Shown here: positions 1 through 12,048 of the stretch, piece by piece
Layout: each line of letters opens with the position of its first letter
Numbering within the stretch: position 1 is the first letter of the stretch
Source: Antedon mediterranea
Taxonomy: Eukaryota > Animalia > Echinodermata
DNA length: 64,000 bases
Reading direction: 5' to 3'
NCBI RefSeq assembly: GCF_964355755.1
Contig: NC_092672.1
Coordinates: forward strand, 7,316,001-7,380,000
Notes under the pieces: model-generated
The model's input: only the letters and a program-made list of their open reading frames with translations
The model's database searches: none
What the model was told of the DNA's origin: nothing
Program-made: the position numbers and the translations under genes

Positions 1-176
1 GAAGGGCTAGGCCTAGAAACAGGGGGTGTCCTTATGTCAGAAGAAACGCTAATGTTAACCCAACTTGTAAGTTAGGCGGCCTACACGAATTAGATACACT
101 TATAAAAACGGAAAACAAATCAGCTGATATCAATTATTGTCATTTTGATCATGAATTAGGCCTAGGCCTAGGCCTA

Positions 177-640
177 AATACAAATGATATGCCTATCATA
201 ATTATAAGTAGTGATAGTAGTAGTGATTGTGACATTATTATAAGTAGACCTAGTACCAATGATGGTGATAGGCCCAGTGAATATCAAATGTTGTCTCCAA
301 ATACAAATGATATGCCTATCATTATAAGTAGTGATAAGAGTAGTGATAGCGACATCATTATTAGTATTAGCAGTGATGGTGATAGTAGAAGTAGGCCTAG
401 TGAAGACCAAATGTTGTCTCCAAATACAAATGATATGCCTATCATGATAAATAGTGATAACAGTAGTGATAGTGACATCATTATTAGTATTAGCAGTGAT
501 GGTGATAGTAGTAGTTGGCCTAGTGAAGACCAAATGTTGTCTCGAAATACAAATGATATGCCTATCATGATAAATAGTGATAAGAGTAGTGATAGTGACA
601 TCATTATTAGTATTAGCAGTGATGGTGATAGTAGTAGTAT
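177..640 (+). repeat. 123-bp in-frame tandem repeat, ~4 copies
   Basis: AATACAAATGATATGCCTATC recurs at 177, 300, 423 and 546. Confidence 0.9.
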
Positions 641-1502
641 TAGTAGTAGTGGTACTATGCCCAATAGTAAGAGTAGCAGTAGTGGCGATAGTACTAGTCG
701 TAGTATTAGTAGCAACAGCATTGGCAGTAGCAGCATAGGAGAAAATAGTAGCACTGTTGTAGTCGTAGGAAATGGTGATGTTTTGTTTCATTTTCCAGGT
801 AGTGATAACAATTCTAACGACATTTCAAATGAAAATTTTGAATTTGAATCTAATAAAGAATATTTTAATTCATTAATTAATCGTGAAAAAATATCTGAAA
901 ATCCATGGGCACATTTTGAATCACAATCAGTCAAAGATCATATGGTAGAATTTTTATGTAATATTCGATCTGAACTCATTCGTTATGAATACATAATCGA
1001 TTATGATATTGTTCATCGTAGCCTTACAATTATAGAAAATGTACTAATCTGTGATAACACAGCATTTAAACTTGGAGATCTCGAGGAATTGGCAATTGCA
1101 TCATTTTGCCTTGCATTGAAATGTGCTGAACGATACCAATCTAAACACATCATCCCTTATGCGTGTGACCGCCTCCGGAATCTTGGCTTCTTCAATCCTA
1201 AAAAAATTGCCCAAATAGAATTTAAAATATTAAAGATAGTAAACTTTAATATCAATAGTGTCACTTGTCTTGATTTTGTTCACATTTATTGCGATATTGC
1301 TATCAGTAAAGCTACAACCAACAACAACAAACGTAGAATAGAAAGAGTAAGACACGAATCTGTCAAATATTTGATTACAAATAAAATATCTCTTACAACA
1401 GTAAAGCCATCCGCAATAGCTTACTTAATAATTAACGCAATTCTGGAGAAACTAGAAATACAAGACTCATTCTATTTTGAGAATAATGACGATAGTTCTT
1501 AA
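189..1502 (+). CDS. Intronless divergent cyclin-box protein with Ser/Asp/Ile-rich repeated N-terminus
   Basis: 437-aa ORF. The C-terminal half follows cyclin N-box spacing (DHMVEFL...IIENVL...LAIASFCLALKCAE...IAQIEFKILKIVNFNI.SVTCLDFV...KPSAIA). The N-terminus is about 4 x 41-aa repeats. TATAAAA lies at ~101. Confidence 0.7.
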   Translation: MPIIIISSDSSSDCDIIISRPSTNDGDRPSEYQMLSPNTNDMPIIISSDKSSDSDIIISISSDGDSRSRPSEDQMLSPNTNDMPIMINSDNSSDSDIIISISSDGDSSSWPSEDQMLSRNTNDMPIMINSDKSSDSDIIISISSDGDSSSISSSGTMPNSKSSSSGDSTSRSISSNSIGSSSIGENSSTVVVVGNGDVLFHFPGSDNNSNDISNENFEFESNKEYFNSLINREKISENPWAHFESQSVKDHMVEFLCNIRSELIRYEYIIDYDIVHRSLTIIENVLICDNTAFKLGDLEELAIASFCLALKCAERYQSKHIIPYACDRLRNLGFFNPKKIAQIEFKILKIVNFNINSVTCLDFVHIYCDIAISKATTNNNKRRIERVRHESVKYLITNKISLTTVKPSAIAYLIINAILEKLEIQDSFYFENNDDSS

Positions 1503-1786
1503 ACAGATTAGGATAACTTAAAACATAATGTAAGTAAGTTAAGTTAAGACAAAACAATCAAATGTATATTGGATCTAGAATATAGTTTTATAGGATTAAA
1601 TTGATTAAGGAAAAGTTTTTAGCTAAATAGATTAGTCTAAGATGTGCAATATCTAAGTACAATGTAAGGTGATAAGTATATAAAATAACGTTTTAAAAAT
1701 GTAGATTACTGCAGCACTTGTACTTAAGAAAAACAAAGTAAGATAAGTAATGTGAATTAAAAACAATATTGCTATTGTAACATTAA

Positions 1787-1990
1787 AGCCTGTTTTCCTG
1801 TCGACGTTAGTCGACGCTATCGTTAACAATAATCGGCGATCTTCTACGTAAACATTGAAATGTTAACGATTTACAGGAAAGGGTACTCGCTATCGTTATC
1901 ATTTCAACTTGATCGTTTTTAAACGATCGTCGTTGAACTGTTAACGATCAACGACGATAGCGTCGAATAACGTCGACAGGAAAACAGGCT
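1787..1990. mobile_element. PIF/Harbinger-like MITE
   Basis: TIRs AGCCTGTTTTCCTGTCGACGTT / AACGTCGACAGGAAAACAGGCT, with TAA on both sides (1784-1786, 1991-1993). Confidence 0.8.
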
Positions 1991-3031
1991 TAAAACATGC
2001 TCTAAGGAGGATATTAATAATACTAATAATAAAGTAAAAATAGCTTATTAATGATAATGATTGAAATAAGTAATTCGTTTCAGTAATATATCCGTTGTTA
2101 AGTTAAGTTTTTTTTACCGTAATCAATACAAAAAAAAGGAGGGAAAAAAAAACAAAAACAACAAAAACGCTTAATGATACTAAGTTGAAATAAGTTTTTA
2201 GTTAGTAAGAAATAAAAAAAAAAACTTTTTTACGAGTTTATATTTTAATAATAATTTTTAATTAAAAAATGTTATCGTAAGTTAAATCAAGAAAGAACGT
2301 TAAAAACAAAATATAATATTGTAATTATTAAAAAATTTTTCGTATAACAGGTTTTAGGTCTATATTATTGTATAGTAAACCATTAAAATAAGTAATTTAT
2401 TCAATAATCTTATTTATTTATCAGTTTTAGTTCGATAAGGAATTGAAAAAAAAAACTCCAAAAAAAAAACCAAAAACAAAAACAAACAAAAACACACAAA
2501 AACACCCCAGTCTGAAGTCGGAGATGCTACCTCATCGTGGTAGACTGGTGTCAACATCATTCGTAACCAAACTGGTACTAATGGTGGCTAACAGCATCAC
2601 GCATCTTGTACCATACTTACAATCGCACACTGATACCACACATTTGTGATGTCACGGATGTAGGCCACTTATTGAGTGAAAACATCAACAATATTTCTTT
2701 TTTAAATACGTATTATATATGATTATTAATATGATATAAAGCTCAGGAGTGCGGGTAGGATTATAAATAATTTAGGTGGGATCGACTATGTGTGAAAGCT
2801 AATATGAAGTAAACACAGACTTGATAAGTTATTTTGGTGCTTTTTTCTCTCGTTTGTCCGGGCACTACTACTTTTGTTCAATCATCAAGTCGTCATATCC
2901 ATGGTAGAGGTAAAAATGTTATGGAGGCTATTACAATTCCACTTATCCAAACATTTTAAAATTGTGTAGGCCTACAAAGAACACATATTGACACTAATAT
3001 ATGAACACATGAACCATCAAGTAAGTATTGG

Positions 3032-3165
3032 TTTTTAGTCGCGTGGAGTGCAAACGCGACTCTGCAGCTCACTATGTCGGTCGTTTGGTCGGTCGGTTTG
3101 TCGATTGATCGGTAAACACTAACTCAAATTTGAGCACGCGACTGCAGCCATGTATATGGTCTTTT
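3032..3165 (+). mobile_element. Helentron/DINE-1-like non-autonomous element
   Basis: Starts in a T-run with TTTTTAGTCGCGTG, has the inverted partner CACGCGACT and a (GGTC)n microsatellite, and ends in a T-run. Confidence 0.55.
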
Positions 3166-3408
3166 TATTTTTATAGAAAATGCCAGACTTTTGTTTTTTT
3201 CAGTCTATAGAACGCCCTCTTTCTAATCAATGCTTGTATAGTAAATTCTTGCATAATTAGTTAGCATTGCATTGCGAACGCAGAACATCGAGTCTCACAA
3301 TCTTCTGAGTTGTCGAAGCTTCCTGACTGTGAACGCTGCTGACTAGTCACATCCATTGCGCTTCTGGATATTACCGAAGACTCTCATTTAATTGATAGAC
3401 CATTAGTC

Positions 3409-6400
3409 ATGGTGTTTTTCGACATCTGTATCGTTTTTGCCCTGATAATAAATGCTTATGGTAAGTGTTGTTAATCAATTCAGACTAGTAAATTTAATTT
3501 TTGTTTTGTTTTTCTGAATGTTATACTCGCTCTTACCGAATTTCTTATTTATCACTGCGGAGTCTTACGTAACTTACGTAATTTTAGAAATGTCATGTGT
3601 AGGCTACTGCGAATTTACGCCTTTTAGAACGGTTGTTTCTATATTATATTAGTAGTATTTTAATTAATGTGTTCCCTTTATAACCGATTAAAAATACAAA
3701 ACATTCTAAAACAACGACAATGTGTTGCCTTTTTACTCGTTTAGGTGAATATGAAAAGAACTGGGGATATCATGGAAATACAGGTAAGATGTCAGTTTTA
3801 AAGTTTGAAACGCAATATCGAAACTTCCGGTGGGGGGGGGGGGGGAAATAGGAATTTAAGGACCCATTGGAATTAATTTGATTTGATTTTTCTTTCGACT
3901 CTATGGGCTATCCTTGGTTTCTTATTTAATTTGTTTGCTTGTAAATTGCTTGTATTCATATTTTCTAGTAATCTTGCGTTGAAACCGACTAAAATAAAAT
4001 AAAATGCAGGGGCAGTAGCAACAGTAATTTACCGTGGATTTCATTATGGTCATGGCGGTCAATTTAAATAACGAATAGAAAACTAGTTTCAGCTTTTTTT
4101 TATGTGACTATACCAAAATTTATTAGCTCCATTTAAATATTTACAACTGTATTAAGGTCCGATTCGTTAATTTTATATCAATTATAATTTATTATCAATA
4201 ATAATTTTTTCACATAAATTAATAATAAATTAACAAAGGGTAAAAGTCTTGCTTCTGAAAACTCCAAATCACAATGACGTAATAACAGACGTAATATCGT
4301 TGCAAAGATTTTCGTAAAGAAACAGGTGGGATCGAAGGTCTATGTCAAGTTGACACGGCGTGTTACCAAATAAATTAAGTCGGAGAAGACGGGAAGTAGC
4401 GTATGACAGATAGAAAGTTCATTAGACATTTAATGTTTAGTAATGATGTCATTATAAAATTATGACCTTTACGTGCAAAGAGGATGTAAAGCTCTGTCTA
4501 CACTATCAAAAAAAAAACGTGATGTGCCTATATATGGACATGATGACGTCATATCACTACCATATTTGGGCACATCATGACGTTTTGGTCAAACTAGTAG
4601 ACAGAGCTTAAGATAACCGGTTATCAAACCTACAAGAAATATATAATCATATATGTTCTAAGAAATTAATAATAAAGATTATATTGTCCCCTGAAAACAA
4701 TATATGCTATTTTAGTCTCACATAATGGTTATTCACGTTGACAAAAAGTTGGATTGAAAAAAACAATTATCTGAAAACAAAATTGTACTTTAACGCAAAA
4801 CCGGATTTTGGTTGAAAAATAAGTATTTTTTTCTTGAAGTTTATTAAAACTGCGATATAGCCTAATTCAAAGTATGTAGGACATTTTGCAGTTTTAATAA
4901 AGTTATTAATTAACCCCAAAAAATAACGTTTCATTTTAACCAAAAACCAATGTCTGACAGACAATTTAAGTATTTTTTTGCTTTTAATTACATTTTTTTT
5001 TTCATTAAAACATTTTTTCCTCGATTTTTCGAACTAGTATGTGACATTAAAATGGAATATTTGAAAATAAAATTGACAACAAAAATGTTAGGGGACAATA
5101 TATCTTTAAACGTGTTATAATTTATATCATGTAAACAGTAAATCCCATTGTAAAAACTTCCTTTTTATACCCAACTTTATTTGTTTTATCTTATTAAATA
5201 AAACGGATGCAAGAAAATTGATGTTTAATAAGCCTGTCTAAAAAACAGCATATCGACACACAATCCGTCCCTGGTACGACATTATCTGCAAGGTTGTTAA
5301 TATTCAAGATTCAAGATTCAACAAATTTTATTTGTCCATAAAAATGGAAATTCACTTTGCTTCATGTTAATGTACTGTATAGGTATTGTTGAAAACATTT
5401 ATGTGTGTAGGCTAAAACAAAAATAAATTTTTCCAGGTCCGGAGCATTGGTCTAGAATGTATCCGAATTCAGACTGTAGTGGCAAGAGCCAATCTCCTAT
5501 CGAATTTTCTAGCCGAAGCACGACGTACAAAAGTTTTGATCCGTTATTTATCACAAATTTGGTACCAGTGCACCATGTAGAGATGTACCTGAATAACGAT
5601 GGCCACTCATGTAAGTTGAATATTTTTCGACACATTATAGAGATAATGTTTTGTTCTTTGGAAAAAAAAACATTTTGTTGTTGAATATGCCACACTTCGT
5701 TTTTGTACCTTTCCAAAAACAAAAAAATTGTTGAATGAGCCACTTTATTTTTCACTACACCAACAAAAAAAACATTTAACTTGAAAAAAAAATCATAGTT
5801 TGACTGGAAAAAGTTGACCGAAATTATTTGTAATTCTTTTTTTAATATAACCATTTTAACAACCATTTTATATAGCTATTTAATATCGTTTTTGTTCTAA
5901 AAGGTCCATGTTTGTGGACAATAGATCCTTAAAAAGAAATATTTTATTTCAATTATAAGACAATTTACGGTATCAATGACAATATAGCTTAATTCAATAT
6001 TTGTATTCATTACCCTTATTTAATGTTCAGTGATTTTCTATTTATTTTATTGGTGATACAGAAAACGTTGTTTGCGTCTTGTGACAAGGCGATCCATTAT
6101 ATAATTTACGTAGCTTGATGTACTGTTTAACATTACGGATATTGATAATTATACAAAACTAGGGCATTATCAGCAGATCAGTAACTCTTCTGCAAATACT
6201 TTCAATTTACATTTCGACATGTTTTCTTAAACAATAATCAGAAAGTTCACGGCAGAAGAAGTAGGCCTATTCTTATGATATTTTATGTAAAGCCTAATAA
6301 TATATACTATTAAATAAATATAATTAATAGATATAAATAATGTTGCTATTGAACATAAGGGTCAGAAGTTGATAAGGTAAATCAACCAAACTAGTAAAAA

Positions 6401-9400
6401 CTACCATAAATATAATCGGATGGCATGAGAGGCTTGGTAAGAGAAAACATATTAGGTTGTGATTGGATTAGCTGAAATTCAAAGACAACAGAACTGAGGT
6501 AATCTACAAATAAGAGTTTACAAACGTTTACAGTGATGGTTAAGATGAATGGTTCAGAAGAGATTTCTGGAGCAGGGCTTGGAAATACCTACTTAGCTGA
6601 GCAATTTCACTTCCACTGGGGCAACAATGATTCCGTCGGTTCCGAGCATCTAATTGACGGTAGGCAGTATCCAGCTGAGGTAAGCTTTGAGTTCGTGTAT
6701 CCCGTATTCTTACTCTATCCCATGCTTATTATGGAACTGAACAATCCATTCAAGCATTACTACTGGATCCTCTAGTGTATAAACAGTGTTTGTTTTATTT
6801 TGCGTAGCTTCACATCGTTCATTATGATGTCGACCGCTTCAATTCTATCGCCGAAGCCGTTTCACAACCAAGGGGCCTTGCTGTCTTAGGATTCTTTTTT
6901 GAGGTAAGTTCTCAAACAGAGTAAAGATAAATGCATGTTATACAATAAAAGATTATAAATGAATTTCATTTTTATGATATCATAATGATGATACATACTT
7001 ATTTAAAAGATAGACGTCAAATAGTTGCTTACGATCATTGTATTTACGTCATTATTATGTGGCTTGTTTGAAAACGCATTTTTTTAAATATTCGGAGAAA
7101 AAGTTAATTGTTGATATCGCAGTGAAGGTCGACAGGGTATATTAATTTGGTCAATCTTTAGTTTTTCTTGTCTAAGAAGTAATTTGCTCATCACGTGCGT
7201 CACCTCCTTTATAATCGAAAACAAATAATAACCGTTTAAAACAAGTAACAATCGTTGAACTTTAAATACTGAGTCATGAGAGTTGGCTGTGGCAGCCTGT
7301 TCAAATGCAATAACTCATCTTTCCTTATTTGTAGGTCAATTGGCTCGTATCGATTAAATATATCGTTATTCATTTATTTTTTCATTCAATATCGTATATT
7401 GTAAACGTTCTTACTCATTTATTTTTGTATTCATTTATTTGATAAAAATCACATAAATAACAATAAAGTTTTGAGTTGTGTAACGATATATCATGTGTCA
7501 ATGTAAATAGTTAATCATCATTCGGATGTTAGCACCAGTTTACATATGTTGTTCGGCTTTGTGATTAAGGTCATCATCCGTTAACGGTATTGGAAATAAA
7601 CATCATTCGCAGAATAACGTTAAGTTTTAGTTGTACGTTCAACGAACTAATTTGATATTTATGTTATATAAGAATATATAAATATTATGGTTACTGTATT
7701 TCAAACTAGTTTGACAAAAAGTGTGGTGTGTCCAAATATGCCATCACTATGTTCATATATGCTGGGCACATCACATGTTTTGTCACATAAACATTGATAT
7801 TGTAGACCGAGCTTTAGAACAGTATTCGTGTGCGTCATGAAAACGCGAATAATAGCCTGATCAATTTTAATTTCTTTTTTAAATTACGCACAAACGCAAC
7901 ATGCAAGTCGCACGTACGTTATGTGCGCAGAAAGTAGATGGATATAATTTTGTGAATAAATAGGTACAACAACAGTTAACATCATAATCTAAGTCTATTC
8001 TATTCTGACCATTTTAAAAAAGAACTTTAAGTCGTAATTTATGTTTATCATTATTTATATATTATTTATTTTGAAGTTTTATTTGTTTCGTTATTGAGAG
8101 AGGCGACTTTTAACCTAGCTTGCTGTGCCGTCCCATTCCACTTATTAATAAATCTTTTCTTGCATTTATTATTAATAATGTTATTGGCTGTATATTTATT
8201 ATGTTACTCTGTATTTTGCTTGATTATTTGTGGAAATAAATGTTAGTATTATTAATTTTAAATGTATGTACATTTAGCAATACAATCTGAAAGTCATGCC
8301 TGTAGCTGAGCTTCAAACGAGGCTACCTCTACACTGTAAATTGTAAATTGTAAACATTGAAACTAGGGCTGTACTTAACATTTACGCGGACATGGATATC
8401 ACAATCTAATTACAGCTGATTCGCAACTTCTACAACTGAAAAGTTAATTGCTTTTTTTGTTTTATTAGATTGATGGAGATAAGACAAATAATGCATTTCA
8501 ATATCTTGTAGATTTAATTAAAGACGTGCCGTATAAAGGTAGGATTTTCAAGATTTTCAAATAAATGCACATTCATTACCGGTAATTAGGTGCATCCGTC
8601 TATTTCTATATTTATCACAAAAATTAATTACGGATATTTGATACAATGTGACTAATTATTAACCGTCATATTGTGTGGGTCTACGTCAATGATTCGCTTT
8701 GTAATACAACAGTTATCGTGGGAAAAAATCTTTCCTAAGTATCGCCTCATGTTTTACGATTGTTTTTTTTTGACATAGTGTTGGTCGTCTATTAATTTTT
8801 ATACATAATGAGAACACTTGTATAGTAGCATTTTAGGACAGGATAACGTCAACGATCATTTTTATATTCCATATTAATACTCATCTTAAAATGAGTGGAT
8901 GTATTCTCCGTTTTAATGTGCTAAATCTATACAACATACAATATTCGTTGGCGACGACACGAAGTTACATTGATGTTGCTACGCGCATGACACTAACGTG
9001 TATAGCCCATATTAGTTTATTAACAAAATTACAATAAAATTACACCTTTTTTAATAGCTGATTTGTCTAGATTTGCTAAATAAAACATATAAATAAAAAT
9101 TCCTTTAAGCTAAAATTGTGTGTTTTGTGAAGCTCTCTACTAAATCGCATTTTTCGCGAAACGCATGGTTAGCCTAATATGTCAAAATGACTACGCGGTT
9201 GGTTTCTCTTCGTGGTACGGTGTCGCTGACGAATTGTGATACTAGATTACATTGTGTCATATTCTTCCATATGATGTACAGCGGTAGAAATCCAAGGTGA
9301 TATATTAATATGACGCTATATCGTGCAATTTATCTCATTGCACTGCACAATTTGAAGATTATAATTTATATATAGATACCAATACAATTACCTTAATTTG

Positions 9401-10124
9401 TATATTCTTTTCAGGCAATTCGATTCGATTTCCGAGACCATTCGATGTAAAAACTCTTTTCCCGAAGTCACTGAGTCAATACTTCCGTTACGATGGTTCT
9501 CTAACCACACCAGATTGTCACGAAAGCGTAGTTTGGACGGTTTTCAACGAACCGATCAAAATTTCTAAAAAACAGGTACGGTGAAGAACATATTGCTCAA
9601 ATGTTAATTCGATTGGGTACCTATTTGCCCACACAAAATGTGGCCAGTTACGTTGTAGAAATAAAAGCCTACCTACCATTATTAATCCACCAAATTGGAA
9701 ACGCCATTTAGGCCTACTAAAAAATAGGATCAATCAAAATAACATTTACTTCCAAAAAATGCTTGTCGGGGACGTATTGCTTATTAATAAAGATCATTCA
9801 TTTCAATGTTTGCTGCCGCCTGGAATGTATCAAGATTCATTAGTGTAATGACCAGTTTATGTTACCGATTATTTAACATATGCATAGTGTCATGTATTCA
9901 TAAAAATACCTTTTTGTTAACAGGTTGAGGCGTTTCGTAATGTAAACACAGCTATACATGGTTTTAGAACAGTGAGATTGGTTGATAATCACCGACCAAT
10001 TCAGCCCATCAACAATCGAATCGTTTACAGAAGTTTCGAAACATCCGATGCGTCTTACGCATGCGTAAATAAGGTCTACCTCATGTTAGCTGTTTTAATG
10101 GTTTGCTTAAGCAACTTTGTTTAG
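3409..10124 (+). CDS. Alpha-carbonic anhydrase, secreted/GPI-anchored type (CA4-like architecture). Exons 3409-3460, 3745-3783, 5437-5610, 6534-6679, 6808-6903, 8469-8538, 9415-9575, 9924-10124
   Basis: All junctions are GT-AG and in phase. Motifs: [68 protein letters not shown]. Both the N-terminus and the C-terminal tail are hydrophobic. Confidence 0.93.
4490..4608. mobile_element. Harbinger-like MITE of the abundant AGCTCTGTCTACACTATCAAA family
   Basis: TIRs AGCTCTGTCTAC / GTAGACAGAGCT with TAA on both sides. Other copies or fragments at ~7700-7815, 13040-13180, 18315-18385, 24800-24938, 28741-28878, 35428-35560, 38730-38880, 60246-60352 and 62020-62163. Confidence 0.8.
4676..5105. mobile_element. 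Kolobok-like non-autonomous DNA transposon
   Basis: TIRs AGATTATATTGTCCCCT / AGGGGACAATATATCT flanked by ATAA and TTAA. Confidence 0.6.
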
Positions 10125-10351
10125 CACCACGTCACGTAAACTTTAGCTGTCTATGACGCGCACAAATGAAATAGTTTATGTAAATTGTATTTTGAAAGCA
10201 GTAGATTAAGAAACTCTGTTTAGCATCACGTCACTTAAAGTTTAGCTGTCTATGACGCGCACAAATGAAATAATTTATGTAAATTGTATCTCGAAAGCAG
10301 TAGATTTTAGTAAGAATTAGGACTATAGTGTAACCACTTCAATGTACTAAA

Positions 10352-10703
10352 AGATGTATTGTCCCCCTGAAAAAATAAATCTTAACAACATTTTTGTTTA
10401 ATATGCCATTTTAATGTAACATAATAGTTATCCACTTTGACCAAAATTTGGATAAAAAAAAAGGAAATTACCTGAAAAAAAACTGTAATTGACAGCAAAA
10501 AAAAAAATGGTGAAATTGGCTGCCAGCCAATTGATTTTTGGTTGAATTTAACCATTTTATTTGGTCATTTTATAAGTGAAAACATTATTTTTTTTATTTT
10601 CTTTTCTACGGAAGTGATTAACTTCATTAAAACTACAAAATAACATATTTATAGTCCGATTTAATGAATCTTCATTTTTCATGTTTTTGAGGACAACACA
10701 TCT
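10352..10703. mobile_element. Kolobok-like element, same family as 4676-5105
   Basis: AGATGTATTGTCC...GGACAACACATCT followed by TTAA. The adjacent duplicated segment (~10890-11075) keeps the empty site GTACTTAAACA. Confidence 0.65.
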
Positions 10704-12048
10704 TTAAACACAAGAACATGTTCCAATGATTGTTCGACGATAATGAAAATATACAATAATAAATAATTCTTGTAGCTTAACTTCTCTGGATTTTCTGTTT
10801 TCATGTAGCAAACATAACAGCAATATTGTATTTCGATTTGTTGGTTATGTCCGTATCTAAAAGTTTTAAAGTTCATGTAAATTGTAGAGATTTTAGTAAA
10901 AATTATGACTATTAGTGTAACCAATTCAATGTACTTAAACATAAGAACATGTTTCAATGATTGTTTGACGATAATGAAAATATACAATAATAAATAATTC
11001 TTGTAGCTTAACTTCTCAGGATTTTGTGTATAGCAATATTTTATTTTTAATTTGTTGGTTATGTTCGTATCTAAAAGCATCGTGTCAGTATTTCAAGGTG
11101 AATTCCAAAATTGTGTGTGATTTAAGCAAGGCAATCTAACAACAGGATTTGTCGCAGCAGCCAGACATAAAATCAAATGACGTCTATTACGAGTTCCTAT
11201 CTTGGCAAGGTGAGCCCAGTGTCCTTTTGTTAGATTTCCTTGGTTTAAGCCTGATTATTAGTGGGAATTCCCACTTGGACGCGATGGACTATAATGCAAA
11301 TTGTCGTTTCCTTTTTCGTCTTTGTGGGAACATGTACTTGTACGGGGCTGGCTAATCTAGGTTGACCGAAATAAGTAACAAGATAAATATTTTGGCACAC
11401 GTGGCGTTTTATAAGTTCAGACAAAATTTGAAAAAAAATGGTGGACTAACATGAAAAAGACAATAAATACACATTTGGGGATAGTCCAGGGACTGGCAAG
11501 AACTTCGGTGCCTATATTTCGAGGAATAAGTTTTCTTTATGAAATAAAAATATTGCTTTTCCTAATGGAATTGATTATAGAAAGGCTTGTATAGATAATA
11601 AGATCCTCTGTAATAAAGCTTTTTAGTCAACGAAATAAATACGTTATTTTAATATACATATCTATTATACATTAATAATACTCTTTCTACAGATGAAAAT
11701 TATGTCGAAACATAATGGGAATAATTACAGAAATAAAGAATTAAAAACAAAACTGATGTTCGATGGCAGGATATCAGGGTTTTGACTAATCACCTGTAAT
11801 ACGTGTAGGAGTAATTCGTTTCCTGTGGTTTTGAGTTCGGTGGCCAGTAGTTTACCGTTTAAAATAAATATTAATGCTCCATACTTTTTGTAATACAAAT
11901 AATCTTTGGTTTTACACCAAGTAGGCCTACCAACAAAGACTGGGTTACATGTAGGCCTAGCAGTGTTCCTATTGCAGCGCTTTCATCCCGAACAACAGAC
12001 CATCGTCACTGTGCCACTGTGGTAATAATCATACAAACACTAGAAGCA

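Noticed and set aside
174-791. Minus-strand Thr-rich and Leu-rich ORFs
   Set aside because: Antisense shadows of the low-complexity repeat in the cyclin ORF.
11080-11560. Possible retroelement coding relic between the CA and transporter genes
   Set aside because: Slightly GC-richer, but no motif could be identified with confidence.
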